Assembly (NCBI RefSeq): GCF_011759385.1
Contig: NZ_JAARLY010000011.1
Coordinates: 31,316 to 63,315, forward strand
Reading direction: 5' to 3'
DNA: 32,000 nt
Origin: Oleiagrimonas sp. C23AA
GTDB lineage: Bacteria; Pseudomonadota; Gammaproteobacteria; Xanthomonadales; Rhodanobacteraceae
In this document: piece by piece, positions 19,273 to 27,312 of the stretch
Layout of the letters: each line of letters opens with the position of its first letter
Numbering within the stretch: position 1 is the first letter of the stretch
Notes under the pieces: generated by a model
Databases searched by the model: none
Seen by the model: the letters and a program-made list of their open reading frames with translations, nothing else
Told to the model about the DNA's origin: nothing
Program-made: the position numbers and the translations under genes

Positions 19273-21225
19273 ATGTCCAGTACACCCAACCGCCCACGGC
19301 ACGGCGCCTTGCTGGCACGCGCTGCATTGAGCGCTGCACTACTGCTTGCGGCCGGTGTCGGTCCGGCACTGGCCCAGCATACCGCCACCGCCACCGATCT
19401 CGGGCCGGAGGATGCGGCCAAGGCACAAACCGTCACCCTGGTGCTCAAGCTGCCCAATGAATCGGCACTGGAGCGCTACGTGGCCGATACGGCCAACCCC
19501 TACAGCGCGCATTTCCGTGACTTTCTCACCACCCACCAGTTCGCGCAGCGCTTTGCGCCGTCTACCGGGCAGGTGCAGCAGATCGAACATGCACTGAAGC
19601 GTTACGGCATTACCGTGCAGGATGTCTCGGCCAGCCATATGGTGCTGCATGCCAGCGGCACCACCGCGCAATTCGAGGCGGCCTTTTCCACCAAGGTGCG
19701 GCGCTATGAGCGCCACGGTCACCACTTCCATCGTCCGCGCCATCGACCGCACATGCCACAGTCACTGGCCGACCAGGTACTGGTGGTGGCGGGCCTGAGC
19801 AACGAAGCGCTGTTCCGCCCGATGTCGGCCCATGCCGCCAGCCAGGGGCCGCTGGTCGCACCCAAGGCGGTTCTGCCCAAGGTCGGCAGCACCGCCACAG
19901 GCGTGCCCGGCAGCTACACCGTGGGCGATGTGGCCGAACGCTACAACGTGACACCGCTGTATGACGCCGGTGTCACCGGCAAGGGCATCACCGTGGGCAT
20001 CGCCACGCTGGCCAACTTCGAGCCCAAGGACGCCTACAAGTACTGGAGCGACATCGGTCTGGACACCAAACCCAACCGCATCGAGCAGGTGCATGTTGAC
20101 GGCGGCGGTCCGCTGAGCTCGGCCGATGGCTCCGGTGAGACCACGCTGGATGTGGAGCAGGCCGGCGGACTGGCACCGGACGCCGACATGATTGTCTACG
20201 ATGCGCCCAACACCGACGCCGGCTTCATCGACGTGTTCGCGCAGGCCGTGTCCGAGAACCGCGTGGACACCCTGTCGGTCAGCTGGGGCTCGCCCGAGGC
20301 GTTTTATTTCGACTCGGATCTGACCGGTGGCGACTACACCGACCAGCTCAAGGCCTTCCACCAGATCTTCCTGGAGGCGGCGGTACAGGGCATCACTGTC
20401 AGCGCCGCCGCCGGTGATTCGGGCGCCTACGACACCAACCGCGCCCTGCCCTATCCCACCTTCTCCAAGTTGCTGAGCGTGGATGCGCCGGCTTCCGACC
20501 CGCTGATTCTGGCCGCTGGTGGCACCACTGTACCCATCCAGCTGTCGGCCGGCCCCGGTACGCCGCCGCTGATCGTCGACCAGGAGCAAGCCTGGAGCTG
20601 GACCTACATCGACAATTATCTGGCCGACCTGACCGGCGATGACAGCTATCGTGAGATCGACTTCGCCGAAGGCACCGGCGGCGGTGTCTCCAGCTTCTGG
20701 CGCAAGCCGCTGTATCAGATGCTGACGCGTGGCATGCAGCGTACCGAGTCGGGACAGACGTTGACCTACACCGATAGCGATGGCTCGGTGACGCCGCTGC
20801 TGACGCTGCCGGCGCACTATGCCGGCCGCAACCTGCCCGACGTCTCGCTCAACGCCGATCCGTACTCGGGGTACCTGGTGTATTCATCCACCGATGGCGG
20901 TTACATCGCCGGCTATGGCGGCACCAGCTTCGTGGCGCCGCAGCTGAACGGCATCGTCGCCCTGCTCAACCAGCAACAGGGCACGCGCCTTGGGTTGATC
21001 AACCCGCTGCTGTATTCACTGCACTGGCTGTACGGCAGTGACGAGCGCTCGCCGTTCCAGGATGTCACCGCCGGGAACAACTGGTTCTACAACGGCATCC
21101 ATGGCTATGAACCGGCCACCGGACTGGGCACGCTGGATGTGGCCCATCTTGGCCAGGCGCTGGACCAGTTCCGCTTCAGCGGACATGGTCACAGCTCCAG
21201 CCATGGGCACGGCCACGGGCGCTAA
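19273..21225 (+). CDS. Secreted S53-family (sedolisin/kumamolisin-like) serine-carboxyl peptidase with pro-domain
   Basis: Track ORF is 19048-21225. The ATG at 19273 is preceded by AGGGAGA. Signal peptide ..ALLARAALSAALLLAAGVGPALA. The pro-kumamolisin-like activation domain is LKLPNESALERYVADTANPYSAHFRDFLTTHQFAQRFAP. The catalytic region has GETTLDVEQAGG (Glu/Asp), SVSWG and GGTSFVAPQLNG (Ser). The C-terminal tail is His/Gly-rich. Confidence 0.85.
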   Translation: MSSTPNRPRHGALLARAALSAALLLAAGVGPALAQHTATATDLGPEDAAKAQTVTLVLKLPNESALERYVADTANPYSAHFRDFLTTHQFAQRFAPSTGQVQQIEHALKRYGITVQDVSASHMVLHASGTTAQFEAAFSTKVRRYERHGHHFHRPRHRPHMPQSLADQVLVVAGLSNEALFRPMSAHAASQGPLVAPKAVLPKVGSTATGVPGSYTVGDVAERYNVTPLYDAGVTGKGITVGIATLANFEPKDAYKYWSDIGLDTKPNRIEQVHVDGGGPLSSADGSGETTLDVEQAGGLAPDADMIVYDAPNTDAGFIDVFAQAVSENRVDTLSVSWGSPEAFYFDSDLTGGDYTDQLKAFHQIFLEAAVQGITVSAAAGDSGAYDTNRALPYPTFSKLLSVDAPASDPLILAAGGTTVPIQLSAGPGTPPLIVDQEQAWSWTYIDNYLADLTGDDSYREIDFAEGTGGGVSSFWRKPLYQMLTRGMQRTESGQTLTYTDSDGSVTPLLTLPAHYAGRNLPDVSLNADPYSGYLVYSSTDGGYIAGYGGTSFVAPQLNGIVALLNQQQGTRLGLINPLLYSLHWLYGSDERSPFQDVTAGNNWFYNGIHGYEPATGLGTLDVAHLGQALDQFRFSGHGHSSSHGHGHGR

Positions 21226-21235
21226 GCCCTATGTT

Positions 21236-21272
21236 CTCACGGGCCGGCCTGAGGTCAGGCCGCGCCCGTGAG
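21236..21272. terminator. Long GC-rich hairpin between convergent genes (possible bidirectional terminator without U-tract)
   Basis: CTCACGGGCCGGCCTGA (21236-21252) pairs with TCAGGCCG-C-GCCCGTGAG (21255-21272), about 17 bp with a one-nt bulge. The stop codon of the minus-strand gene (21255-21257) lies inside it. Neither side has a T-run. Confidence 0.4.
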
Positions 21273-22142
21273 ATCGGCGCGACGCTGGGCCGCATCGGCC
21301 CAGCGCTGCGCCACCGCCGGCGAGGTCATGCACATGGCCTCGTCGGTCACCGTGGCCACAGCGCGATCGAGCAACTGGATATCGGCCTCGTGCTGACGCG
21401 CCACGTGCGGATCCTCGAAGAAAATCGCGCGCTGGCAGCGCTTTTTCAGGATCAGGTCGGCAATCTGCGCATCACCGCCCATCGGGCCACTCTGGTAGCG
21501 CTGTACCCAGGGCGTTTCCTGCGGCCAGCCGCGTGACCAGGCCAGCTCGTTCAAGCGCTGACCGGTAGTTCCGGTGGCCACCCGGCGTGCGAATCGCGAC
21601 AACAGATCAAAGTGCGCACTGGCAAAATCGAGCATCTTCGATTTGAGCGCATCATGCGCAATCAGCGCCACGGTGTGCTCGGCAAACGCATGGCAGCGAT
21701 CGGCCCAGGGCGCGGGTGCCAAGCCTGCGTGCATGCGCTGCACTTCCAGAAAGTCGATGGCACCGGCCACCGTGGACACGAACGGCTTGTGATGAATCAC
21801 GCACTGACGCTTGAGCGCGGTGGCTTCGGGAAAGATCGACGAAGGGTCGACCGGGTCGATCAGGTAAATCGCGCCGTCAAGCACCGGCGCCTCGCCGTCC
21901 CCGGTATTGACCACTTCGGCGACCAAGGTCATCAGGCCACCATGGCGACCGTAGGGATAACGCTTGAGCGGTGCGTAGTCCTGCAACATCTGTTCGGACT
22001 CGATCGCATCGTAAGTGCGCCCGACCGCATGCAAGCCCAAGTCCAACTCGCGGATCCCCGGCTCGGCCTGGCGCAGCCAGCGAAACAGCGCCGCGTCACG
22101 ATGGGCATGGTGCAACTGGTTGGCAGCAAGTCCGACACGCAT
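21255..22142 (-). CDS. Tandem (duplicated) methylglyoxal-synthase-like domain protein
   Basis: At 295 aa it is about twice the length of MgsA. The C-terminal half carries MgsA-like motifs VALIAHDALK, ATGTTG, SGPMGGDAQI and FFEDP..QHEAD. The N-terminal half has the same spacing (VGLAANQ, HAVGRTY, YGRHGGL, YLIDPVD) but lacks the catalytic His/Asp residues. GGAAGGA lies upstream of the ATG at 22142. Confidence 0.75.
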   Translation of the reverse strand: MRVGLAANQLHHAHRDAALFRWLRQAEPGIRELDLGLHAVGRTYDAIESEQMLQDYAPLKRYPYGRHGGLMTLVAEVVNTGDGEAPVLDGAIYLIDPVDPSSIFPEATALKRQCVIHHKPFVSTVAGAIDFLEVQRMHAGLAPAPWADRCHAFAEHTVALIAHDALKSKMLDFASAHFDLLSRFARRVATGTTGQRLNELAWSRGWPQETPWVQRYQSGPMGGDAQIADLILKKRCQRAIFFEDPHVARQHEADIQLLDRAVATVTDEAMCMTSPAVAQRWADAAQRRADLTGAA

Positions 22143-22187
22143 CGATAGATATCCTTCCAGTGAAGTGACAGCCGGGCCGCGCGGGCC

Positions 22188-23417
22188 TCAGCCAAAGAAC
22201 CAATAACACACCGCGATCGCGGCCAATACGCCGGCAAGATCGGCCAGCAACGCACAACCCACGGCATGGCGCGCACGGCGAATGCCGACGGCACCGAAAT
22301 ACACCGCCAGCACGTAGAACGTGGTCTCGGTGCTGCCCTGCACGGTGGCGGCCAGCAGCGAGGGGAATGAATCGACGCCGGTGTGCTTCATGGTTTCGAT
22401 CAACATGGCACGCGCCGCACTGCCCGACAGCGGCTTGACCAGCGCGGTGGGCAGCGCATCGACAAAGCGCGTATCCCAGCCCATGCCGTGCACCACGTAA
22501 CGGATGCCCTCCAGCGCGTAATCGAGCGCGCCGGACGCGCGCAGCACGCCCACCGCGCACAACATCGCCACCAGATACGGCAACAGATCGCGCGCCACCT
22601 CGAAACCCTGCTTGGCGCCTTCGATGAAGCTCTCGTACACGTTCACGCGGCGCCCGGCGCCCACCAGCAGAAAGCCGATGATCACGGCGAACAGCGTCAG
22701 GTTGCCCAGCAGCTGTGACAGCGAAGCCAGCGCGGTGGCACTCAGGCTGACCAAGAGCGCCATGAAGCCACCCAGCAACACCGCCGCGCTGCCCAGCCAG
22801 GCCAGCACCACCGGATCCCAAAGCTTCAGGCGCTGCGCAATGGCGACACTGAGCAGACCGACCAGCGACGATGCGCTGGTCGCCAGCAGAATGGGCAGGA
22901 ACACCAGCGTCGGGTCGTGCGCGCCCTGCTGCAGTCGGTACATGAAAATGGATACCGGCAGCAGCGTGAGCGAGGACGCATTGAGCACCAGAAACAGGAT
23001 CTGCGCGTTGCTGGCCGTGTCCTGGCTGGGATTGAGCGTCTGTAGCTCGCGCATCGCGCGCAGACCGATCGGCGTGGCCGCGTTATCCAGACCCAGTACA
23101 TTGGCGGCCATGTTCAGGGAAATCAGGCCAATGGCCGGGTGCCCGGCCGGCACCTCCGGCATCAGACGCCGGAACAGCGGGCCCAGCGCACGCGCCATGG
23201 CATCGACCAGCCCGGCGCGCTCGGCGATGCGCAACAGGCCCAACCACAGCGTCAGCGTGCCGAACAGCAGCACCATCACCTGTACCGCCAGCTTGGCCAT
23301 GCCAAACAGCGCATTGACCATCGCCGCGAAAACCGCCTCGTCGCCACCGATCAACCAGCGCCCAAGCGCGGCCAGCGCGGCGGTAAGGAAAAAGCCCAGC
23401 CACAGACGATTCAGCAC
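22188..23417 (-). CDS. Nucleoside-recognition (Gate) domain membrane protein, fused SpmA/SpmB-like
   Basis: A 409-aa polytopic protein. MLNRLWLGFFLTAALAA...FGMAKLAVQVMVLLFGTLTLWLGLLRIAERAGLVD and the second half ..GAKQGFEVARDLLPYLVAMLCAVGVLRASGALD.. resemble SpmA and SpmB, the spore-maturation-protein-type nucleoside recognition domains. Confidence 0.75.
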   Translation of the reverse strand: MLNRLWLGFFLTAALAALGRWLIGGDEAVFAAMVNALFGMAKLAVQVMVLLFGTLTLWLGLLRIAERAGLVDAMARALGPLFRRLMPEVPAGHPAIGLISLNMAANVLGLDNAATPIGLRAMRELQTLNPSQDTASNAQILFLVLNASSLTLLPVSIFMYRLQQGAHDPTLVFLPILLATSASSLVGLLSVAIAQRLKLWDPVVLAWLGSAAVLLGGFMALLVSLSATALASLSQLLGNLTLFAVIIGFLLVGAGRRVNVYESFIEGAKQGFEVARDLLPYLVAMLCAVGVLRASGALDYALEGIRYVVHGMGWDTRFVDALPTALVKPLSGSAARAMLIETMKHTGVDSFPSLLAATVQGSTETTFYVLAVYFGAVGIRRARHAVGCALLADLAGVLAAIAVCYWFFG

Positions 23418-23456
23418 GCTAGGCTCCGGCGCACGTCAAGCATTGATGCACGGCTT

Positions 23457-24092
23457 TCAGCGAACAAGCGTCAGCGCCCCCTTGATGCCCTCGATCACCA
23501 TCTGCGTGCCGATCACCGCCAGAATCAGACCCATCATGCGCGTGATCACGCCCAGCGCGCTGCGGCCGATGAAGGCGACCATGCGCGCGCCGGAGATGAA
23601 CAGCACAAAGGTCAGCACGCACAGCACCGCGAAGGCACCGATGGTGATCAGCGTGTCGCCGATGCCGCCGCGAGCGGCAAAACTCATCGCCGTGGCGATG
23701 GTGCCGGGACCGGCCAGGATCGGCATGGCCAGCGGCGATACCGCCACCGACAGCTGCGCCTCGCGCGCGCCGGCGGTCTCGGCCGGCGTCGGGTGGTGGG
23801 CCTGCGAGGACTGACCGCCCAGCATCTGGAATCCGATACGAAACACCAGCAGTCCGCCGGTAATGCGCAGCGCCGGCAGGCTGAGCCCGAACAGCTCGAA
23901 GATCAGCTTGCCGGCCAGCGCGAACACGGCCACGATCACAAAGGCGATCAACAGCGCGCGCAGCGCCACTGCGCGCGTGGTGGCAGCATCGTCACCGTCG
24001 GTCAGGCCGAGGAAGATCGGCACGTTGGCGATGGGGTTCATGATGGCAAAAAAGCCCATGAACACCGTCGCCGCATCCATCCACATCTGCAT
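23457..24092 (-). CDS. MarC-family (UPF0056/NAAT) integral membrane protein
   Basis: The N-terminus ..FMGFFAIMNPIANVPIFLGLT.. is the MarC-family signature. The protein is 211 aa with about six hydrophobic segments. Confidence 0.85.
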   Translation of the reverse strand: MQMWMDAATVFMGFFAIMNPIANVPIFLGLTDGDDAATTRAVALRALLIAFVIVAVFALAGKLIFELFGLSLPALRITGGLLVFRIGFQMLGGQSSQAHHPTPAETAGAREAQLSVAVSPLAMPILAGPGTIATAMSFAARGGIGDTLITIGAFAVLCVLTFVLFISGARMVAFIGRSALGVITRMMGLILAVIGTQMVIEGIKGALTLVR

Positions 24093-24182
24093 GAGTATCG
24101 CTTATCTACCTGCCCGCGCGCCGATGCAGCGCCGTTGGCCCGATCATAGCGCGCCACGCACGCGCTTCGGCGCGCTGCGCGC

Positions 24183-25448
24183 TCAAGGGCAACCGAACCA
24201 GCGCAGCGGGATGGCCTTGGCCATCGCCTTGTAGCCGGCATCGTTGGGATGCAGGTGACCGCCGCTGTCGTACTCGGGGCGAATATGCAGCCGATGGCGG
24301 GGATCGCGCATCAGCTTGTCGAAATCGACCACACCGTCGTAACCGGCCTTGTGACGAATCCAGGCGTTGATGGCCTCGCGCGCCTTCTCGCCCGGCACCG
24401 AGTAGGCACCCTGTGTGCCGGCAAACGGCAGGATGGTGGCGCCGTAGATCTTCAAGTGGGCGGCGTGGGCTTTCAGGATGATCTGGTGCAAGCCGGCAAT
24501 CACCTGCCGGGCAAGCGCGGCGCCGTCGACCGTCTTGCCATGCGCGCTGGCCGCCATGGTCGGCTCGCCAATGTCGTTGATGCCGCCCAGCAGCAGCACA
24601 TCGCGCACGCCGGCCTGCCCCAGCACGTCGCGGTCAAAGCGCGCCAGCATGCTGTCGCCATTGCCGAAACGGCTTTCGAAGGCGGCCACTTCGTTGCCGT
24701 CGATGCCCGCGTTGAGCACCGCACGCCGGCACTGCCCACGCAGGCGTCGTGCCAGCGCATCGGGATAACGGTGGTTGCTGCCGAGGCTGGAGTGATAGCC
24801 GTTGGTGATCGAGTCGCCAAGCGTCACTACGGCCGCACGCGTGCGGCCACCGCTGACCTCGACGCCGGACAACCAGTAAACCGACCCGGTCGTCCCGGCC
24901 ACGGGCATCTGTGTGGCATCGACAAAGTTGCCGGCGCGCGAGATATAGCTGGTCTGACGCGCATCCAGATGCCACGTCTTGGGCGTGCGTGTGCCAGGCA
25001 CATGCAGGCTGATGGCCAGTGTCTGGCCGGCCTTGACGGGCAAGGCCACCGCATCGCTCAGAAAGCTGGCACCGGCGGGGATGGTGACCGCGCGTCGGCC
25101 CCGAAATCGCAGCGTGCGCAGGCTCGGCGCGAGCACACCGGCCGATCCGGCCTCGGCCCTCAGGCCCACGCTGGCCGCATCAATCGTCAGCGGACGGGCA
25201 CCATAGGTATTGGAGAAGCGAAGGCGCAGCTTCTGTCCATCGGCGCTGATGTGCACCATCTGCCGCAGGGTCTGGTCATGCAGGGTGATCGCGTCAATCG
25301 GCTGCTGCCGGTAGGCGTTGGCGGTGACAGGCGCGGGGATCATCGCCGCCATCCATGCGCCGGTCCAATGCGTGACGGGGACAGCCATGGCGTTGCCGGA
25401 CAACGCCAGAGAGAGCGCGACCAGCGCCCAACGCGATGAGCGAATCAT
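24183..25448 (-). CDS. Secreted SGNH/GDSL-family hydrolase with N-terminal beta-rich domain
   Basis: Track ORF is 24183-25514. The ATG at 25448 is preceded by GGAGG. Signal peptide MIRSSRWALVALSLALSGNAMA. Block I is VVTLGDSITNGY (GDS), then GINDIG, and the C-terminal block is HPNDAGY (DxxH-type). Confidence 0.8.
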   Translation of the reverse strand: MIRSSRWALVALSLALSGNAMAVPVTHWTGAWMAAMIPAPVTANAYRQQPIDAITLHDQTLRQMVHISADGQKLRLRFSNTYGARPLTIDAASVGLRAEAGSAGVLAPSLRTLRFRGRRAVTIPAGASFLSDAVALPVKAGQTLAISLHVPGTRTPKTWHLDARQTSYISRAGNFVDATQMPVAGTTGSVYWLSGVEVSGGRTRAAVVTLGDSITNGYHSSLGSNHRYPDALARRLRGQCRRAVLNAGIDGNEVAAFESRFGNGDSMLARFDRDVLGQAGVRDVLLLGGINDIGEPTMAASAHGKTVDGAALARQVIAGLHQIILKAHAAHLKIYGATILPFAGTQGAYSVPGEKAREAINAWIRHKAGYDGVVDFDKLMRDPRHRLHIRPEYDSGGHLHPNDAGYKAMAKAIPLRWFGCP

Positions 25449-25555
25449 GAAGCCTCCAGAGCCTTGCGGTGCGCATGTTGAGGCCGTTACGGGACAGCCC
25501 ATCGCGCGATCCATTCATCATACCAATAGCGTGAGGAGTTGGTTCGGGCGCGAGC

Positions 25556-26326
25556 TCATGAATGCGGTGGCAGCGACAACCGGGTCTGGCTGAGAAAGCG
25601 TCCGTGCGGCCCGAAGCGACGCTCAATCATCCACACGCTGCCATCGTGCCCAACCGCCACCAGTGTGCTGGCGCGTGTGCCGTAATCGGCGCCACGGATG
25701 AAGCTGGCCGACAGCATGCGCTCGCGCTCGATACCGATACCGGTGTCGGGCAGCAGCGCATCGGGCCATTCGGTGGCATCACCCAGCGCCTGCCACAGCG
25801 GCGCGAAATTTTCGGCGTCACCCGCGTGCAGCCAGTCAGTCAGCGCGCGCATCAATGCCTTTGTCTTCGGCCACGGCGCATTGAAGTCGGCATTGGACAG
25901 TCCGTGCACGCCCGGTGTGATCGATTCCAGTCGAGCCCCTGGCCGGTTGCCAAGATAGAAGCCGGCCTCGGCATCGAACATCAGCAGATTGAACGGCCGG
26001 TAGTCCTGCGCCTGCATGGCCAGCGCCTGCGCGTGCGCGGCCGCCGCGATCGGCTGCGCCAGGAAATCGCGTACCAGCCAGCCGCGCGAGCGGTCACCGC
26101 CGCGGTCCTGCGGCAGGCGCACATTGGTCACCGCGGCCACACGTCCACCTGGTGCGGCGCCCATCCAGGTGCCGCCGGCCTCAAGGTCGCGCCCGGCCAG
26201 CATGCCACCGGCATCAGGCCATGCCGCCAACGGCGCCGTGGGCCGGGCATGAAATTCATCGCGATTGCCCACCAGCAGCAGACGCCAACGCGGATGGGCT
26301 TTCCAGGCAAAGGCAATCAGGCACAT
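25556..26326 (-). CDS. NRDE-family protein (TANGO2/DUF833-like)
   Basis: MCLIAFAWKAHPRWRLLLVGNRDEFHARPT has an N-terminal Cys2 and the eponymous NRDE motif. The 256-aa length is typical. Confidence 0.85.
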   Translation of the reverse strand: MCLIAFAWKAHPRWRLLLVGNRDEFHARPTAPLAAWPDAGGMLAGRDLEAGGTWMGAAPGGRVAAVTNVRLPQDRGGDRSRGWLVRDFLAQPIAAAAHAQALAMQAQDYRPFNLLMFDAEAGFYLGNRPGARLESITPGVHGLSNADFNAPWPKTKALMRALTDWLHAGDAENFAPLWQALGDATEWPDALLPDTGIGIERERMLSASFIRGADYGTRASTLVAVGHDGSVWMIERRFGPHGRFLSQTRLSLPPHS

Positions 26327-26376
26327 GGCAACATGATACTTACAGACCAGCTGCCTGAACGTGGCATCATGTTGCC
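26327..26376. promoter_or_regulatory. Perfect 11-bp inverted repeat in the NRDE / FadR-type-regulator divergent intergenic region
   Basis: GGCAACATGAT (26327-26337) and ATCATGTTGCC (26366-26376) are exact reverse complements with a 28-nt spacer. The left arm directly abuts the NRDE start codon (26324-26326 on the minus strand). Confidence 0.35.
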
Positions 26377-26470
26377 TGCCGACATACCGCTACGTGTGCG
26401 CACCATGCGTCAGCATGTCTGCCGATTCAGCAGCGATACCATGCACACCTTCGACTTCGGGGAGTTCCAG

Positions 26471-27241
26471 ATGGCAGCACAGCGCAATGACACCACGGCC
26501 AGCAAGGGTTTCGCCGCATCGCGTCGAACCGGCGAGGCCATGGGTCCGATGTCAGCGCGCAATCTGCACGGTCTGGTGGTCCAGGAATTGGGCCAGCGCA
26601 TCGTCGGCGGCGCCCTGCAACCGGGCGAGATCCTGCCGCGCGAGGCGACCCTGGCCGAACAGATGGACGTATCGCGCACCTCGCTGCGCGAGGCCATGAA
26701 AGTACTGTCGGCCAAGGGGCTGGTCGAGGCGCGTCCCAAAATCGGCACGCGCGTGCGCGACCAGCGCTTCTGGAACCAGCTGGACCCTGACGTGCTGGCC
26801 TGGCGCTGCCAATCGATGCCCACCGACGATTTCGTGCAGAAGCTGGTGGAGATGCGCGACATCATCGAGCCGGCGGCGGCGGCAGCGGCGGCCCGGCGTC
26901 GCGACGAAGCGCATCTGCAGCAGCTTGGCGAAGCGCTGCAGGCCATGGCCGACGCCGACGACCGCGATGCCTGGACCGTGGCCGACGTGGATTTTCACGA
27001 GGCCATGCTCAGCGCCACCGGCAACGAGCTGCTGACCTCGCTGTTCGCGGTCATCGAGACCGCCATGAGCAGCTACTTTGCGCTCTCGGCACGCTCGGCC
27101 GAGGACTTCAAGTATTCACTGCCGCACCACGAGAAGGTGTTCGAGGCCATCCGCAAGCAGCAGCCGGAAGTGGCCCGTCGCGCCATGCAGCGCATCATTG
27201 CCGATTCGCGCGCCAACATGGACAAGGGTCACGCCGGCTGA
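26471..27241 (+). CDS. GntR-family transcriptional regulator, FadR subfamily (FCD C-terminal domain)
   Basis: Track ORF is 25562-27241. The ATG at 26471 is preceded by GGGGAG. The wHTH is LPREATLAEQMDVSRTSLREAMKVLSAKGLVEARPKIGTRV. The FCD-like helical domain has DVDFHEAMLSATGNELL and HHEKVFEAI. An alternative start (MGPMSARN) lies 24 codons downstream. Confidence 0.85.
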   Translation: MAAQRNDTTASKGFAASRRTGEAMGPMSARNLHGLVVQELGQRIVGGALQPGEILPREATLAEQMDVSRTSLREAMKVLSAKGLVEARPKIGTRVRDQRFWNQLDPDVLAWRCQSMPTDDFVQKLVEMRDIIEPAAAAAAARRRDEAHLQQLGEALQAMADADDRDAWTVADVDFHEAMLSATGNELLTSLFAVIETAMSSYFALSARSAEDFKYSLPHHEKVFEAIRKQQPEVARRAMQRIIADSRANMDKGHAG

Positions 27242-27261
27242 GATCACCTGGCGGCATGCCG

Positions 27262-27293
27262 AAAAAAAGCCCCGGTCAGGCCGGGGCTTTTTT
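27262..27293. terminator. Bidirectional Rho-independent terminator
   Basis: AAAAAAA-GCCCCGG-TCAGG-CCGGGGC-TTTTTT: a perfect 7-bp GC stem flanked by an A7 run and a T6 run. It sits between the convergent stops at 27241 (+) and 27313 (-). Confidence 0.85.
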
Positions 27294-27312
27294 GCGTGCG
27301 CAGCGCGGGTGG

